36,153 nucleotides of DNA, from IMG/VR virus record IMGVR_UViG_3300032608_000364, positions 1 through 36,153 of that record; one strand, written 5' to 3'. The stretch comes from a virus. Taxonomy: Duplodnaviria; Caudoviricetes. The notes below the pieces were generated by a model, which saw only the letters and a program-made list of their open reading frames with translations, was not told where the DNA came from and did not search any database. Made by a program: the position numbers and the translations under genes. Shown one piece after another: positions 8,950 to 18,556 of this stretch. Numbering within the stretch: the first letter of the stretch is position 1; every line of letters starts with the position of its first letter.

Positions 8950-9780
8950 TTATATTATTTCTTCATACCAGGCCTTGATATTCCCGATGTTCAATCCTAC
9001 TGCTGCCATTCCTTCTGCTCTCGTGCCAAACACAAGATATTGAGCAACGTCGGGCTGTGAAGCTACATTGGTTAGAACAGTTTGATCAGTACCATTTAGT
9101 GAGAAAGTAATGCTGGCTGCCTCGACCGTGATTTTGAATTTATTCCAGTTAGTCAAAGTTGCTGTAATCGCACCAGTCACACCACCTGTCTCGGTTCCGG
9201 CTTTATCACATTTTCCATATAACACATCAGCAACTAACTGAAATCCAATTACGTTTTGCTGTGTAATATCATTAGTTTTGGCAGAACTTAACCCCATAAA
9301 GAAGTGAGTATTGTCATGACTTCCGATTGCTGTGACCGCTTGCGCTTCCCATTCCAAGACGAACCGCTCAATCATAGTGTTTGAATCACCAAAAATCCCT
9401 GGTCTAATCTGCCAACGGTACTTAGAATTAATAAAGACATCATCATCTGTATTAGCAGCGGTGTCTATGTCATAATACATATACCCGCCAGCCGTTCCAA
9501 AAGCCTCAGTACCTGCACCGTCAATAATTGTTTCCCAGGTAGTCGCTACAAGAGATTCAGTCTCCCAGAACTCCGTCAAGTAAGGCATGTCCCGACTGAC
9601 AGCAGTGTTCACCTGGCCAAGTTCAAACTTGTATTTCGACCAGAGAGTACCATCGTAAGTAATCCAGCGTAATTTTGAATCGTACTCGAGGAAAGTAGAG
9701 CCAACGGCCACGCCAGTCGGCTTTGTATCACCAGACAAACCTACCCAATTTTGGATAGATGAAATTAGTTTAACAGCCAT
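8950..9780 (-). CDS. Putative virion protein, possible lectin-like C-terminal domain
   Basis: N-terminal GLSGDTKPTG...YDGTLW module; WNKFKITV...ITFSLNG pattern. Confidence 0.5.
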   Translation of the reverse strand: MAVKLISSIQNWVGLSGDTKPTGVAVGSTFLEYDSKLRWITYDGTLWSKYKFELGQVNTAVSRDMPYLTEFWETESLVATTWETIIDGAGTEAFGTAGGYMYYDIDTAANTDDDVFINSKYRWQIRPGIFGDSNTMIERFVLEWEAQAVTAIGSHDNTHFFMGLSSAKTNDITQQNVIGFQLVADVLYGKCDKAGTETGGVTGAITATLTNWNKFKITVEAASITFSLNGTDQTVLTNVASQPDVAQYLVFGTRAEGMAAVGLNIGNIKAWYEEII

Positions 9781-9957
9781 ATCCTTTCTCCTTTGTTACT
9801 ATGAGACTGACATTATTTATACCAACAATTCCTTTTGACAAATACCAATGCCCTGTGTCCGCATAAAACTTCGGGTTGGCAGGTGTAGCAGCGACAAATG
9901 AAATAAAATCATTTGTGGAATTAGGTTTGTTTTTTATCATGGTTTATCGCTCTCCTT

Positions 9958-10128
9958 TTAAGGTTCTATGAATTTACCATTTGTAATTATACCCAGCTTG
10001 CCATTTTCCCTTATTAAATGTTCATCTATCATTTCCTCTATTACATCTGATAAATTATATAAGTTGTAATAGCTTTCGTTGATAGCGTTTAATGCTTTTA
10101 TATATTCCTCATTGATTACTAAATTCAT
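9958..10128 (-). CDS. Small hypothetical protein (56 aa)
   Basis: MNLVINEEYIKAL..., preceded by GAGG; below the track cutoff. Confidence 0.4.
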   Translation of the reverse strand: MNLVINEEYIKALNAINESYYNLYNLSDVIEEMIDEHLIRENGKLGIITNGKFIEP

Positions 10129-10135
10129 AGCAACC

Positions 10136-10294
10136 TCATTCGATTATTTTAGTCCAGTTAGTTCCATCATAAGTGATATATCTGTCCTTAGTATTGTACT
10201 CAAAGAACTCTGCCCCTACTTCCACGCCAGTTGGTTTGGTGTCAGTAGATAAACCGATATATTTTCTGATGAAATCTATTAGTTTGACTGCCAT
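10136..10294 (-). CDS. 52-aa protein paralogous to the N-terminus of 8950..9780
   Basis: MAVKLIDFIRKYIGLSTDTKPTGVEVGAEFFEYNTKDRYITYDGTNWTKIIE; GAGG upstream. Confidence 0.8.
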   Translation of the reverse strand: MAVKLIDFIRKYIGLSTDTKPTGVEVGAEFFEYNTKDRYITYDGTNWTKIIE

Positions 10295-10366
10295 TTTCAA
10301 CCTCTATAGGGAAGAGTTGCCCCTCCCCTATATTACGTTAATGCAACGATCCACTAATTAGTTTAA

Positions 10367-11440
10367 TTAACTCCGGTTTTGCCAGCAGCGTACATAATCA
10401 ACTGACATTACTCCAAGACCTGCACCACTTGCCTTATACAATCCAAGATGAGGCTGTGACTTAGCGTTTGCCGCACTTGCAACATTGGAAAAAGTCGTGC
10501 TGGCTGCTACCCTCGCACCATCAATGAAAAACTTGATATCGGTCTGAGTTGTACAGTCAATTCTAAAGATGTTATATGTTCCAGCTACAAGGGTTGTCGT
10601 TGTGGCTGCCGCTGTATCGGTGGCAGCGTCATCACTTTCACAAGTAACAATCCCGCCAGCCGGTACTTCAAAGCCTACCCTGTAAGCACTTCCCCCATCT
10701 GCCCATGCACCCCATAGGCCAAAAGAGGCGACTCCAAGCAAAGTCGGTAAAGTAGTTAACGAAAGTCTTGTCTCAAAGATAGCACCCTGAGCAATACTTA
10801 AAGCAAGCTGGTCATCCCAATGTAAGGCAGCATCCTGTTTTTGGGCATCAGCGGTTAATGAACAAAGGACATGAGCATTTACTACATCCGCAGACTTCGC
10901 AACCGTTGGAGGCGCAGCGCCCACTAACTTCTTTGCCCATTTACAACCAGATTCAACATCTGTCCCTGATGTAGTTGCTCCTAAAGTCCCAGCTCCGTCA
11001 ACTGTCATATTAGATGATGCCTCTGTGAAAACCAGGGAATTCCCTGCTGAGCCTCTAAGTACTACTGTAATAACAACAGTATCTCCGGCTCCATCAACTG
11101 CTGTAACACTCGCAAGATCGGCTGTAACTGCTGTAACTATATTAGTCACCGCAGCCGCTGCATTTGCACCGATAGTGACTTCACCAGCAATAGCACGAGC
11201 TGCCTTCCAAGTAAAAGTCTGAGTATCAATTACAAAAGTTTCATTGGCAATAGCAACTCCTGCCATCGTAATAGTACCTTGTGCTGCAATAGCAATATTA
11301 GATATTACTAAATCAGCCCCGGCAAAATCATCACCAAAACTACCTGGATACATAGCAAGTAAGGTTTCATAAGTGCTATTGTCATAGAAACATTGCTTCC
11401 CGGTGTTCATCCAATTATATTCGCAACTTGTTCTACCCAT
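10367..11440 (-). CDS. Putative virion protein, paralog of 11453..12202 with a ~110-aa insertion
   Basis: Shares YDNSTYETLLA and GTYNIFRxDCTTQTxIKFFIDGARVAASTTF with its neighbour. Confidence 0.65.
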   Translation of the reverse strand: MGRTSCEYNWMNTGKQCFYDNSTYETLLAMYPGSFGDDFAGADLVISNIAIAAQGTITMAGVAIANETFVIDTQTFTWKAARAIAGEVTIGANAAAAVTNIVTAVTADLASVTAVDGAGDTVVITVVLRGSAGNSLVFTEASSNMTVDGAGTLGATTSGTDVESGCKWAKKLVGAAPPTVAKSADVVNAHVLCSLTADAQKQDAALHWDDQLALSIAQGAIFETRLSLTTLPTLLGVASFGLWGAWADGGSAYRVGFEVPAGGIVTCESDDAATDTAAATTTTLVAGTYNIFRIDCTTQTDIKFFIDGARVAASTTFSNVASAANAKSQPHLGLYKASGAGLGVMSVDYVRCWQNRS

Positions 11441-11452
11441 TATAGCACCCCC

Positions 11453-12202
11453 TTATGATCTGTTTTGAAATATTTTTATATAGTCACAAAGCATTGTCGC
11501 TTGTGAAGTGGCAGCCGTTTTTGTGCATCCAAAATAAGGCTGCATTTTAAGATTAGCTCCAGCAGAAGCATTAGCAAAGGTCGTCGAAGCCGCCACTCTG
11601 GCACCATCAATAAAGAATTTAATGTTGGTTTGAGTTGTACAGTCAACCCTGAATATGTTATATGTTCCAGCTACCGCCGTAATACCTGTACTCGCCGAAG
11701 TATCAGTAACAGCGTCATCTTCTTCTGCGTTTATTACGCCAGCAGTTAGGATTTCAAACCCTACTCGATGCGCCGCCCCTTCTGCAACCCAAGCTCCGCC
11801 CATGCCAAATATACCTCTTGCTGTTGAAGCATCCGGTAAAACTGACATTGAAATCCGAGCCTCAAATATCAAACCTTGCGCTATTGAAAAAACGAGCTGA
11901 TCATCAAAGTCCATTTCAACGGTTTGCACTTCACTAGTATTATCAAGGTCAAGTTCTATAACTCCATTTACTGCATCAGCTAATTTAGCACAAGTAGGCG
12001 CACCAGCAGCAGAAACATCCTTATAAACCCACTTACAGCCTGATTCATCAGTGCCGAAGGGAGGAATTACAAGGTCTGCTCCAAGGAAGTCGTCATAAAA
12101 ACTGATTGGATATTGTGCTAAAAGGGTTTCATAGGTTGAATTGTCGTAAAATACTTGCCGCCCAGTGTCGTGCCATGAATATTTACAACTTGTTCTACTC
12201 AT
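11453..12202 (-). CDS. Putative virion protein, lectin-like beta-sandwich
   Basis: FYDDFLG...IFEARI...IKFFIDG...DYIKIFQ; in the head gene block. Confidence 0.6.
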   Translation of the reverse strand: MSRTSCKYSWHDTGRQVFYDNSTYETLLAQYPISFYDDFLGADLVIPPFGTDESGCKWVYKDVSAAGAPTCAKLADAVNGVIELDLDNTSEVQTVEMDFDDQLVFSIAQGLIFEARISMSVLPDASTARGIFGMGGAWVAEGAAHRVGFEILTAGVINAEEDDAVTDTSASTGITAVAGTYNIFRVDCTTQTNIKFFIDGARVAASTTFANASAGANLKMQPYFGCTKTAATSQATMLCDYIKIFQNRS

Positions 12203-12247
12203 TTTGTCTCTCCTTCACTCTTTCGAGTACCCTTTAAGGTAAAGGGA

Positions 12248-13054
12248 TTAAATTGTTTTTAATTTAGTTTTCTTCTTTTCAGGTTCTTTCTTTTCCTCTG
12301 CTAAATGATGATAGGTAACTAAAGTAGGATATAATGGTTTATCATCAAGATATTCCATTACAGTTGTATCTCCCCATTCATAAGCCTTTTCTATCCATAA
12401 TTGGTGTACATGGTCTATACAATGTTCTGCTTGAGGGATAACTTTACTGTCATTTACGAATTTCTCTTTAATAAGTAGCTCAAGTTCAAGTTGCTCTGAT
12501 GTTACTTCCCATTTATTGCTTGGGCCAACACCATGCTCCATTTCAGTACAGGCACGCTTTAAAATAATTGGAATATCAGGGCCAAGTAATTCATCTTCAT
12601 TAACAGCTTTTCTGACTATCTTATAGCATTGTAAGCCTTTCTCTAAACCACGATTATAAAAATATCCACCATAGTTACCAAAAACATGCGGTCTTATTTC
12701 AATACCACATTTACTTGGTCGATCTAATCTCTTCTGAAGTTCCTCTAATGCGAAAAGTTGTTTCAATGTCTGTGGTCTGACAACAACCTTGAAACAATCC
12801 ATACATCCTATAGGTACAAACCATTTATCTTTAGGGATATTCTTTGCTACGATATGGTCAAAGATTATATTTTTCCATAGATTACAGTCTGTTCCATAAC
12901 TTTGCTTTATAAATCGCCACGGAGTATCCCACCCAGTTGTAACATTTACTTCTACTTTGCTATCACTATCACGCAAAGATACTGATTTAGCTCTCAGAAG
13001 ATCCTTGATCGCACTTATAATATTCCTGCTCTTTATATCTTCGTAATATGACAT
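12248..13054 (-). CDS. Hypothetical protein with scattered Cys motifs
   Basis: 268-aa ORF with GAGG RBS; no family recognised. Confidence 0.6.
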   Translation of the reverse strand: MSYYEDIKSRNIISAIKDLLRAKSVSLRDSDSKVEVNVTTGWDTPWRFIKQSYGTDCNLWKNIIFDHIVAKNIPKDKWFVPIGCMDCFKVVVRPQTLKQLFALEELQKRLDRPSKCGIEIRPHVFGNYGGYFYNRGLEKGLQCYKIVRKAVNEDELLGPDIPIILKRACTEMEHGVGPSNKWEVTSEQLELELLIKEKFVNDSKVIPQAEHCIDHVHQLWIEKAYEWGDTTVMEYLDDKPLYPTLVTYHHLAEEKKEPEKKKTKLKTI

Positions 13055-13118
13055 AACTTATCCTCTCGATTAGGGTTTAAGTTATAGGTCGCCCTATTAA
13101 GAGCGACCCTAATAAGGT

Positions 13119-13589
13119 TTATGCTAATGCTGTAACTGATCTATTCTTGGAATATCTTGGCTCAAGAACTGCTACAGCGTGTAAAATACCAGCAGAAGCA
13201 GCAGCACTTAAAGCGACTGTAAGCCATTCCTCAGCATTATCAATGTCCATAGCAGAAGCATCAACTTCGACCACCAACATTTTGCTTGCATAGCTGGCAG
13301 CAGTTAAAGTCAGAGTAGCTACTGCTGTATTAGCTGCCAATACATCAGCACTCGCTGCGGCTATAGCTGCTCCACCAAGCGCATAATTGAAAGTAAGGGG
13401 GGACGTTAAAGCCGCATCGGTTGCACCACTATTGACCGTCATTACTGCGTCACCAGTAATAGCCCCAAACGTTAAAATAAAAGTTGCCCGATGATAATTT
13501 TTCATATTGATTGAGTCCATAGATACACCAGCAACATAATCCGCTGAGTTCAATACTGGAACAATCTTTTTTTCTTCTCCTAATCTCAT
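13119..13589 (-). CDS. Putative capsid decoration protein
   Basis: Ala-rich 156 aa; first structural gene after the capsid gene once the HNH is removed; AAGGAG RBS. Confidence 0.6.
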   Translation of the reverse strand: MRLGEEKKIVPVLNSADYVAGVSMDSINMKNYHRATFILTFGAITGDAVMTVNSGATDAALTSPLTFNYALGGAAIAAASADVLAANTAVATLTLTAASYASKMLVVEVDASAMDIDNAEEWLTVALSAAASAGILHAVAVLEPRYSKNRSVTALA

Positions 13590-13636
13590 AATAATTCTCC
13601 TTTAGCTGAAGCCCCCCGAAGGGGGTTGTTATAGAT

Positions 13637-14609
13637 TAACCGCTTCTTTGATATCAAAAGGCCAAACATAGCTGGAATGACCTATCAAATTTTGCACTCT
13701 TTTGCATATTCTCTATGGCTGGCAATAATTGTAAATTATCTAAAGCAAAACATTTCTTAAAATCCATCTGTTCAGGTGAATCAAAGTTGAAAGAAGACAT
13801 TGGAATAATATGATCTATGTGGAGAATATTGTTACCATTTACAAAATCATTCTTCCATGAATAGCCTTGCGGAATGGTCGATTTTAATCGTTCTATTAAA
13901 TCCTCTAAGCTATAATCAACCAATTCTTCCCAATGCCTACCAGCTTTCCTCTGCCTTATTGCTTTTCTCATAGCTGCTGCAACCCTTTTTCGGATTTTCC
14001 GCTTTTCAGGAGTGCCACCATTATAATTAGGATTGTTAGCACCTCTCAAATTTTCCGACCGCCATTTATTAAAGCAATCTGTTCCTTTACAAAAATGCTT
14101 ATTATATAAATCATCCATACAAGGTGAAATTTCAAATCCCTTTCCACAACAAGTACATGCAACTTTTATTTTACCCTTATACATTCCATTCTCTTCACCG
14201 CTTTTGATCCATGCACGATGTTCTATTCTACATTTCTCGCTACAATAGGATGTAGAATATTTCAAAGAAGGATAAACCATCTTGGTTTTATCACATCCAG
14301 GTTTTGAACATTCTACTTTGACCTTTCCACCTTTCCATGTAGGGTGATCTTTCCCAGCCCTATGAACCAAGCATCCACAACTATTAATTCTACGGCCTAA
14401 ATCACCACTTTGAACAATTTTAATTCCACCACAATCACATTTACATCCCCAAAGAGTATGACCATATTTATCTTTTGTAGACTTTTTGATTACAGTCAAA
14501 AGACCAAATCTTTGTCCTGTTAAATCTTTAAATTTTGCCATGTTTTTCCTTTGTTTAAGTAGTAAATATTCTTTTCATCATACTTACTACTATATCAAAG
14601 AAGCGGTTA
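13637..14609. repeat. 18-bp perfect inverted repeat bracketing the HNH gene
   Basis: TAACCGCTTCTTTGATAT at 13637-13654 and its reverse complement at 14592-14609. Confidence 0.9.
13654..14541 (-). CDS. Free-standing HNH endonuclease
   Basis: KDLTGQRFGLLTV...CKCDCG N-terminus; HIDHIIP...NLQLL...EN..K C-terminus. Confidence 0.85.
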   Translation of the reverse strand: MAKFKDLTGQRFGLLTVIKKSTKDKYGHTLWGCKCDCGGIKIVQSGDLGRRINSCGCLVHRAGKDHPTWKGGKVKVECSKPGCDKTKMVYPSLKYSTSYCSEKCRIEHRAWIKSGEENGMYKGKIKVACTCCGKGFEISPCMDDLYNKHFCKGTDCFNKWRSENLRGANNPNYNGGTPEKRKIRKRVAAAMRKAIRQRKAGRHWEELVDYSLEDLIERLKSTIPQGYSWKNDFVNGNNILHIDHIIPMSSFNFDSPEQMDFKKCFALDNLQLLPAIENMQKSAKFDRSFQLCLAF

Positions 14610-14617
14610 TATGTCAA
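14589..14617 (-). promoter_or_regulatory. Sigma70-type promoter upstream of the HNH gene
   Basis: TTGACA-N17-TATAGT. Confidence 0.7.
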
Positions 14618-14639
14618 TAAAATTTAAATGGTTAACTGT

Positions 14640-16258
14640 TTAACTTCTTGCCTGTAAAGTGATAAAATGACTTTGGGTATAAGTCGCTCCGCCCTTGTAG
14701 GGAGTTAAAGCGCTTGCCCTTACCGGCTGTCCGTCCAATCTCATAACAACATTTACATTCAATAAAGTTCGTTAGGCTTTATCCGTTCCTTTCGGAACTG
14801 CTGCATGTTTCCATGCAGATTAGACTATATCACCATCCCCAAAGAGGCTTCTAAATTAAGGGATGCTCTGCGCTTCCACTCACTTGAGTGTACTTCCGTT
14901 AAGGAATAGTCGTTGCACCTTCCCATTGCTGGGCTTGGCTCAGGATTGCCTTCAACATTACTTGCTAAGGTATTCCCTGAATTCACAGAGTTTTCATCAA
15001 TAGATTGCTCTATTGAGCGGCCTGTTATTCTTGACCGAAAAACGCTCTCATCATACAGGAACTGGACATGAATACTCATATCAGCTTTCACTCCACCCTT
15101 TTCAGCTAATAAATACCCGTTTTTGAAATCGCCAAGATAAATATCGCCCAAAGTTCCTAAAGTTTGACATTGTTCAATGGCCATGACGGGTCTTCCGAAC
15201 AGCGTTCCATAAGGTAACGCACTCAGGCCACCAGCAGGCATATAAACCGGAATACCACCCGTACCAACTGCGATACTCATCGTATGCAACTGAGGCTCTA
15301 AGTTCTGGTTGATTAGCCATACAGCGTTTGGCCTACTTGATGCAAACAATCTGCTCCACATCTTGATCACGTTCTGTGCCACGATTGTAGAAGCCGCTTG
15401 CCCAGTTTCCTTACCCTGAGTAACCAAACTCCCAGCGTTAAGAATACCTAAGGGTTGACCTGCGCCCGAACCATTTATTATGGCATCGTCAACCATGAAA
15501 CCAAACTCAGAGTTGAAGCCGTTACGGATAATACCTTCAAGTGCCGCAGCATCATCGAGTAATTCATCAGTGGCGTAGCAAAGCCCAATCAGCTTATTAA
15601 GCTCAAGCGTGATTTGCCTAAACTTAGGTTTGCTTTGAGTTTTAGCAGCCGCTTCGTCTTTCCAATAGCCTCTAATTCCACCTTGTCGTGATCCAGCGAT
15701 CCTGCTTGTTTCATCAACACCATTAATCTTGATCGAATTAGCATTACCTGAAATCTGAATCTTGCGACACAATGACGCCAAACGACCTGTTGCAAATACA
15801 TCAGCTAAAAGTTCCGCAGTAAAATCGGTCTGGACAAGAAATCCGCCGTCACTGGGAATCGACTCACCCATACCAGTCGCCCTTGTCTGATACAGTCTCG
15901 GATCAACACGCCTTTCAGGTAGCCCAGCGTTCATAACGGCTATAAGTTGTTCACCGAAAGAACCAAAACTGTCTCGTCTATTCTGATCAGGCATTGTAAT
16001 TGCTGATCTTGATTCAAGATCAACTTCTGGTTTGATAGGTGCATGAGCTGGTTTTGCTAACTCATCTTTCAAGTTCTGCTCACGTTCCATACTATCAACG
16101 ATAGTCCGAATCTTTTTTATACGATCTATAATTTCGTTCCTTATTTGTAACTCTTCATTCGAGGGATCTCGGTTCTCATGTATAAGAATTGTATTTAGAT
16201 CTTCATTCTTACGCATAAGGTCTCCGATATCACTTTGATACTCAGTTATTGTCTTCAT
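14640..16258 (-). CDS. HK97-fold major capsid protein, spliced (exon 1 16258-15034, exon 2 14749-14640; 444 aa)
   Basis: DGGFLV, DELLDDA, GSGAGQPLGIL, TLFGRPV. Splicing restores YDESVFR-FVMRLDGQP...SHFITLQARS, a typical capsid C-terminus. Confidence 0.93.
14750..15033 (-). ncRNA. Group I intron, 284 nt, no homing endonuclease ORF
   Basis: Exon 1 ends in U; intron ends in G; P1 CGGU/GCCG; P10 AUAACAG with exon 2 UUGUUAU; core elements GAATTCAGGGAA, AATCCTGAGC, TGCAACGACTA, GATATAGTCT. Confidence 0.92.
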
Positions 16259-17099
16259 CTTGGAATAACCTCCATTTATCTGTTTTTGGTTTTACCTTCT
16301 CAGGTTGTTTAGGGGCAATCCTTTCAGCTTTAATTAATATCTCGCTGGTAGGATCTACCTTTACCTCTATGTTGATACCTTCATCACGCTCCAAGTCGCC
16401 TGAGTGCTTGCTTCCCTGCTCCTCTTTAGGAGTGGCCACAAGCTGCTCATCATCAGAGTGAACTTCGTCCTGCTCTGTGGTTGCGCTATCAGATATTGTA
16501 GGTGCATATTTCTTTAGTACCTCAAAATCTTCTTCTGTTATTTCTTCTCCTGATCGTAATTTGTCTAATACTTCAATCAATCTTGGATCTATTTCTTGTT
16601 TTTGTTCCTGTTTTTGAAACAATGCTCTTACCTCTGCACTTGTTTCAGGATATGCAGGAAATGTTACAACACTAACATCAAAGAGATTGACTTCCTTTAA
16701 TATTCTTGTATTCTTGTTATAGTCATCATCTGATTTAATTACGTTAAATCCAAAGGACATCTGATTAACATCTCCGCGCTTCATAGACTTCATTAAATCA
16801 TTAGCCCAAGTTGTATCAGCAGGACTAATTCCAACAGCTAATCCTTTGTCATCTTCTTTGAGTTCCAATGTACCAGCCTTATTTCGGCCCAGTACATAGT
16901 TAGGATCATGATTCAATAATGCTCTCACGTCCCCCTGCTTAATAGCTCTTTTGAATGCTCCAGGTGCTATACTTTCCTTGAAGTAACCAAGGTCTGTCCA
17001 TTTATTAAACACGGCTGCATAGCCTTCAATCATTGGAAATTCGTCACTTGCAATCCTTATTTCGGCTTCCGGCATACACCGGCGTTCTATATTGTTCAT
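16242..17099 (-). CDS. HK97-family prohead protease with acidic C-terminal extension
   Basis: IEGYAAVFN...ALLNHD...MSFGF...LFDVSVVTFPAY; likely start ATG 17099. Confidence 0.92.
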   Translation of the reverse strand: MNNIERRCMPEAEIRIASDEFPMIEGYAAVFNKWTDLGYFKESIAPGAFKRAIKQGDVRALLNHDPNYVLGRNKAGTLELKEDDKGLAVGISPADTTWANDLMKSMKRGDVNQMSFGFNVIKSDDDYNKNTRILKEVNLFDVSVVTFPAYPETSAEVRALFQKQEQKQEIDPRLIEVLDKLRSGEEITEEDFEVLKKYAPTISDSATTEQDEVHSDDEQLVATPKEEQGSKHSGDLERDEGINIEVKVDPTSEILIKAERIAPKQPEKVKPKTDKWRLFQDEDNN

Positions 17100-17245
17100 T
17101 TCATTGCCCTCTTTAAAGAATTTACGTTTACTTGCCATCCTTTTTTTTATTTGTTCTTCTATCCATTTAGCTGAAAGCATCACAAAACCCCCTCTTTTCT
17201 CTTTTAATTACCCATTCAGGTACTCTCTCCATGAATGCCACTTCT

Positions 17246-17827
17246 TTACTGATTTAAAACACGATCTCGAAGAGGAATTCTGGAAATATAACCTCCAACA
17301 TCACAGCAATATCTATACGCCCATTTACCTTCTATAATCCTTGCCCTTATCTCTGACCTATCTTCGATAGTACGGCAATACCAATATGCCTCCCTACTAT
17401 TAACAATTTTGTCTCTAATCTCTGGCCTGTCTTCAACACAAAGGCAATACCAAAATGCCAAACTACTACCAACAAGTTTGTCTCTTATTTCTGGCCTGTC
17501 TTTAACATAGAAGCAATATCCGTATGCCCATCCATTATCCAGTTCTTCTACACATATTTCATCCAGACTAAGCTCTCTTACCAGCCTTATTTCTCTACAT
17601 ACCTTTTTGTCAATATCTTCAATATATTCGCCTATGGACACGGCCTCAAATACTCTCGATCCGAAATTACCAGCAGTCAAATTGGACAATGACTTATACA
17701 AATACAGTCCGTTTTTCCACATGATTAGCTCGCCTTCTATTCTAAACGTCTTATCTTTCCAGCCTTTATATGATAATTTCTTGTTATCAGGTTCTTTCAT
17801 ATCATGTGTTATCGTTTTATAGTACAT
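17246..17827 (-). CDS. Hypothetical protein with about four 23-aa repeats
   Basis: AY.YC..V.DRPEIRDK repeats with 69-nt periodicity in the DNA. Confidence 0.65.
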   Translation of the reverse strand: MYYKTITHDMKEPDNKKLSYKGWKDKTFRIEGELIMWKNGLYLYKSLSNLTAGNFGSRVFEAVSIGEYIEDIDKKVCREIRLVRELSLDEICVEELDNGWAYGYCFYVKDRPEIRDKLVGSSLAFWYCLCVEDRPEIRDKIVNSREAYWYCRTIEDRSEIRARIIEGKWAYRYCCDVGGYISRIPLRDRVLNQ

Positions 17828-17851
17828 TATGCCCTGTACCCTCTTTTAGTT

Positions 17852-18556
17852 TTATTTTATTCTCATTGCATCACAAAACCCATATTTTCTTCTTTCCAAT
17901 ATGCAACTTGGAAGACCTTTCTTCTTTGCTAAAGCATAAATAATCTTTTTTCTCGAACGACTATCAAATTTCTTCCATGTTGGAAAATAGCTTAGTAAAT
18001 TTATTAACCTAAAATCCAGATAAGGAAGAAGTACTTCTATCTGCCCACTATTTTTATCCAAAGGAATTAATTGTTGTTTTTGAAGTTTTGCTAAATAACG
18101 AAAAAAGCTTTTTTCTCCTGGTTGCTTCATGTGGTAATAATAACCACCCATTAATTCATCAATGCCATCTCCGGTAATAATCCTTTTAACTCCCAATTTC
18201 TTTAAATTATTATAAAAAGCCCTAACGATTTCATCACCTGGGAGATCTCCTTCCTCTTTAAAAGTAGGTGGGATATAAGGCATAATATGACGAATAAGTT
18301 TTACCCCAAATTTATTAGCAATAAAATGTGAATTTATCGAATCCTCATGTTCAAAACTACAAGCAATAGTATAACAAGTAATATCTTTCCCATAAATATC
18401 CACTAAATAAGAAAGCAAAAGAGCCGAATCAACTCCGCCGGATAAAGATAAAGATTGACAATCTAATTCTTTAAGAATTTTAATTATCAAAAATTCTATT
18501 TTCGACAAAGAAGCCTCTTTGCCAACCTCTTTCCAATCTGCAGGATGTGCTATCAT
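17852..18556 (-). CDS. Asparagine synthase C-terminal-like PP-loop protein
   Basis: LSGGVDS, TGDGIDELMGGY, LPYLD, R.KYGF; no N-terminal glutaminase domain. Confidence 0.8.
   Translation of the reverse strand: MIAHPADWKEVGKEASLSKIEFLIIKILKELDCQSLSLSGGVDSALLLSYLVDIYGKDITCYTIACSFEHEDSINSHFIANKFGVKLIRHIMPYIPPTFKEEGDLPGDEIVRAFYNNLKKLGVKRIITGDGIDELMGGYYYHMKQPGEKSFFRYLAKLQKQQLIPLDKNSGQIEVLLPYLDFRLINLLSYFPTWKKFDSRSRKKIIYALAKKKGLPSCILERRKYGFCDAMRIK

Noticed and set aside
10306-13626. Intergenic hairpins near 10306-10331, 12229-12247, 13086-13110 and 13611-13625 as terminators
   Set aside because: The stems are real but lack clear U-tracts on the coding strand, so no function can be assigned.
14825-15033. 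C-terminal 69 aa of the 477-aa capsid ORF
   Set aside because: This is read-through into the group I intron; the real C-terminus is in exon 2.
17246-17530. Diversity-generating retroelement repeat pair
   Set aside because: The repeats are in-frame tandem protein repeats and no reverse transcriptase is present in the window.
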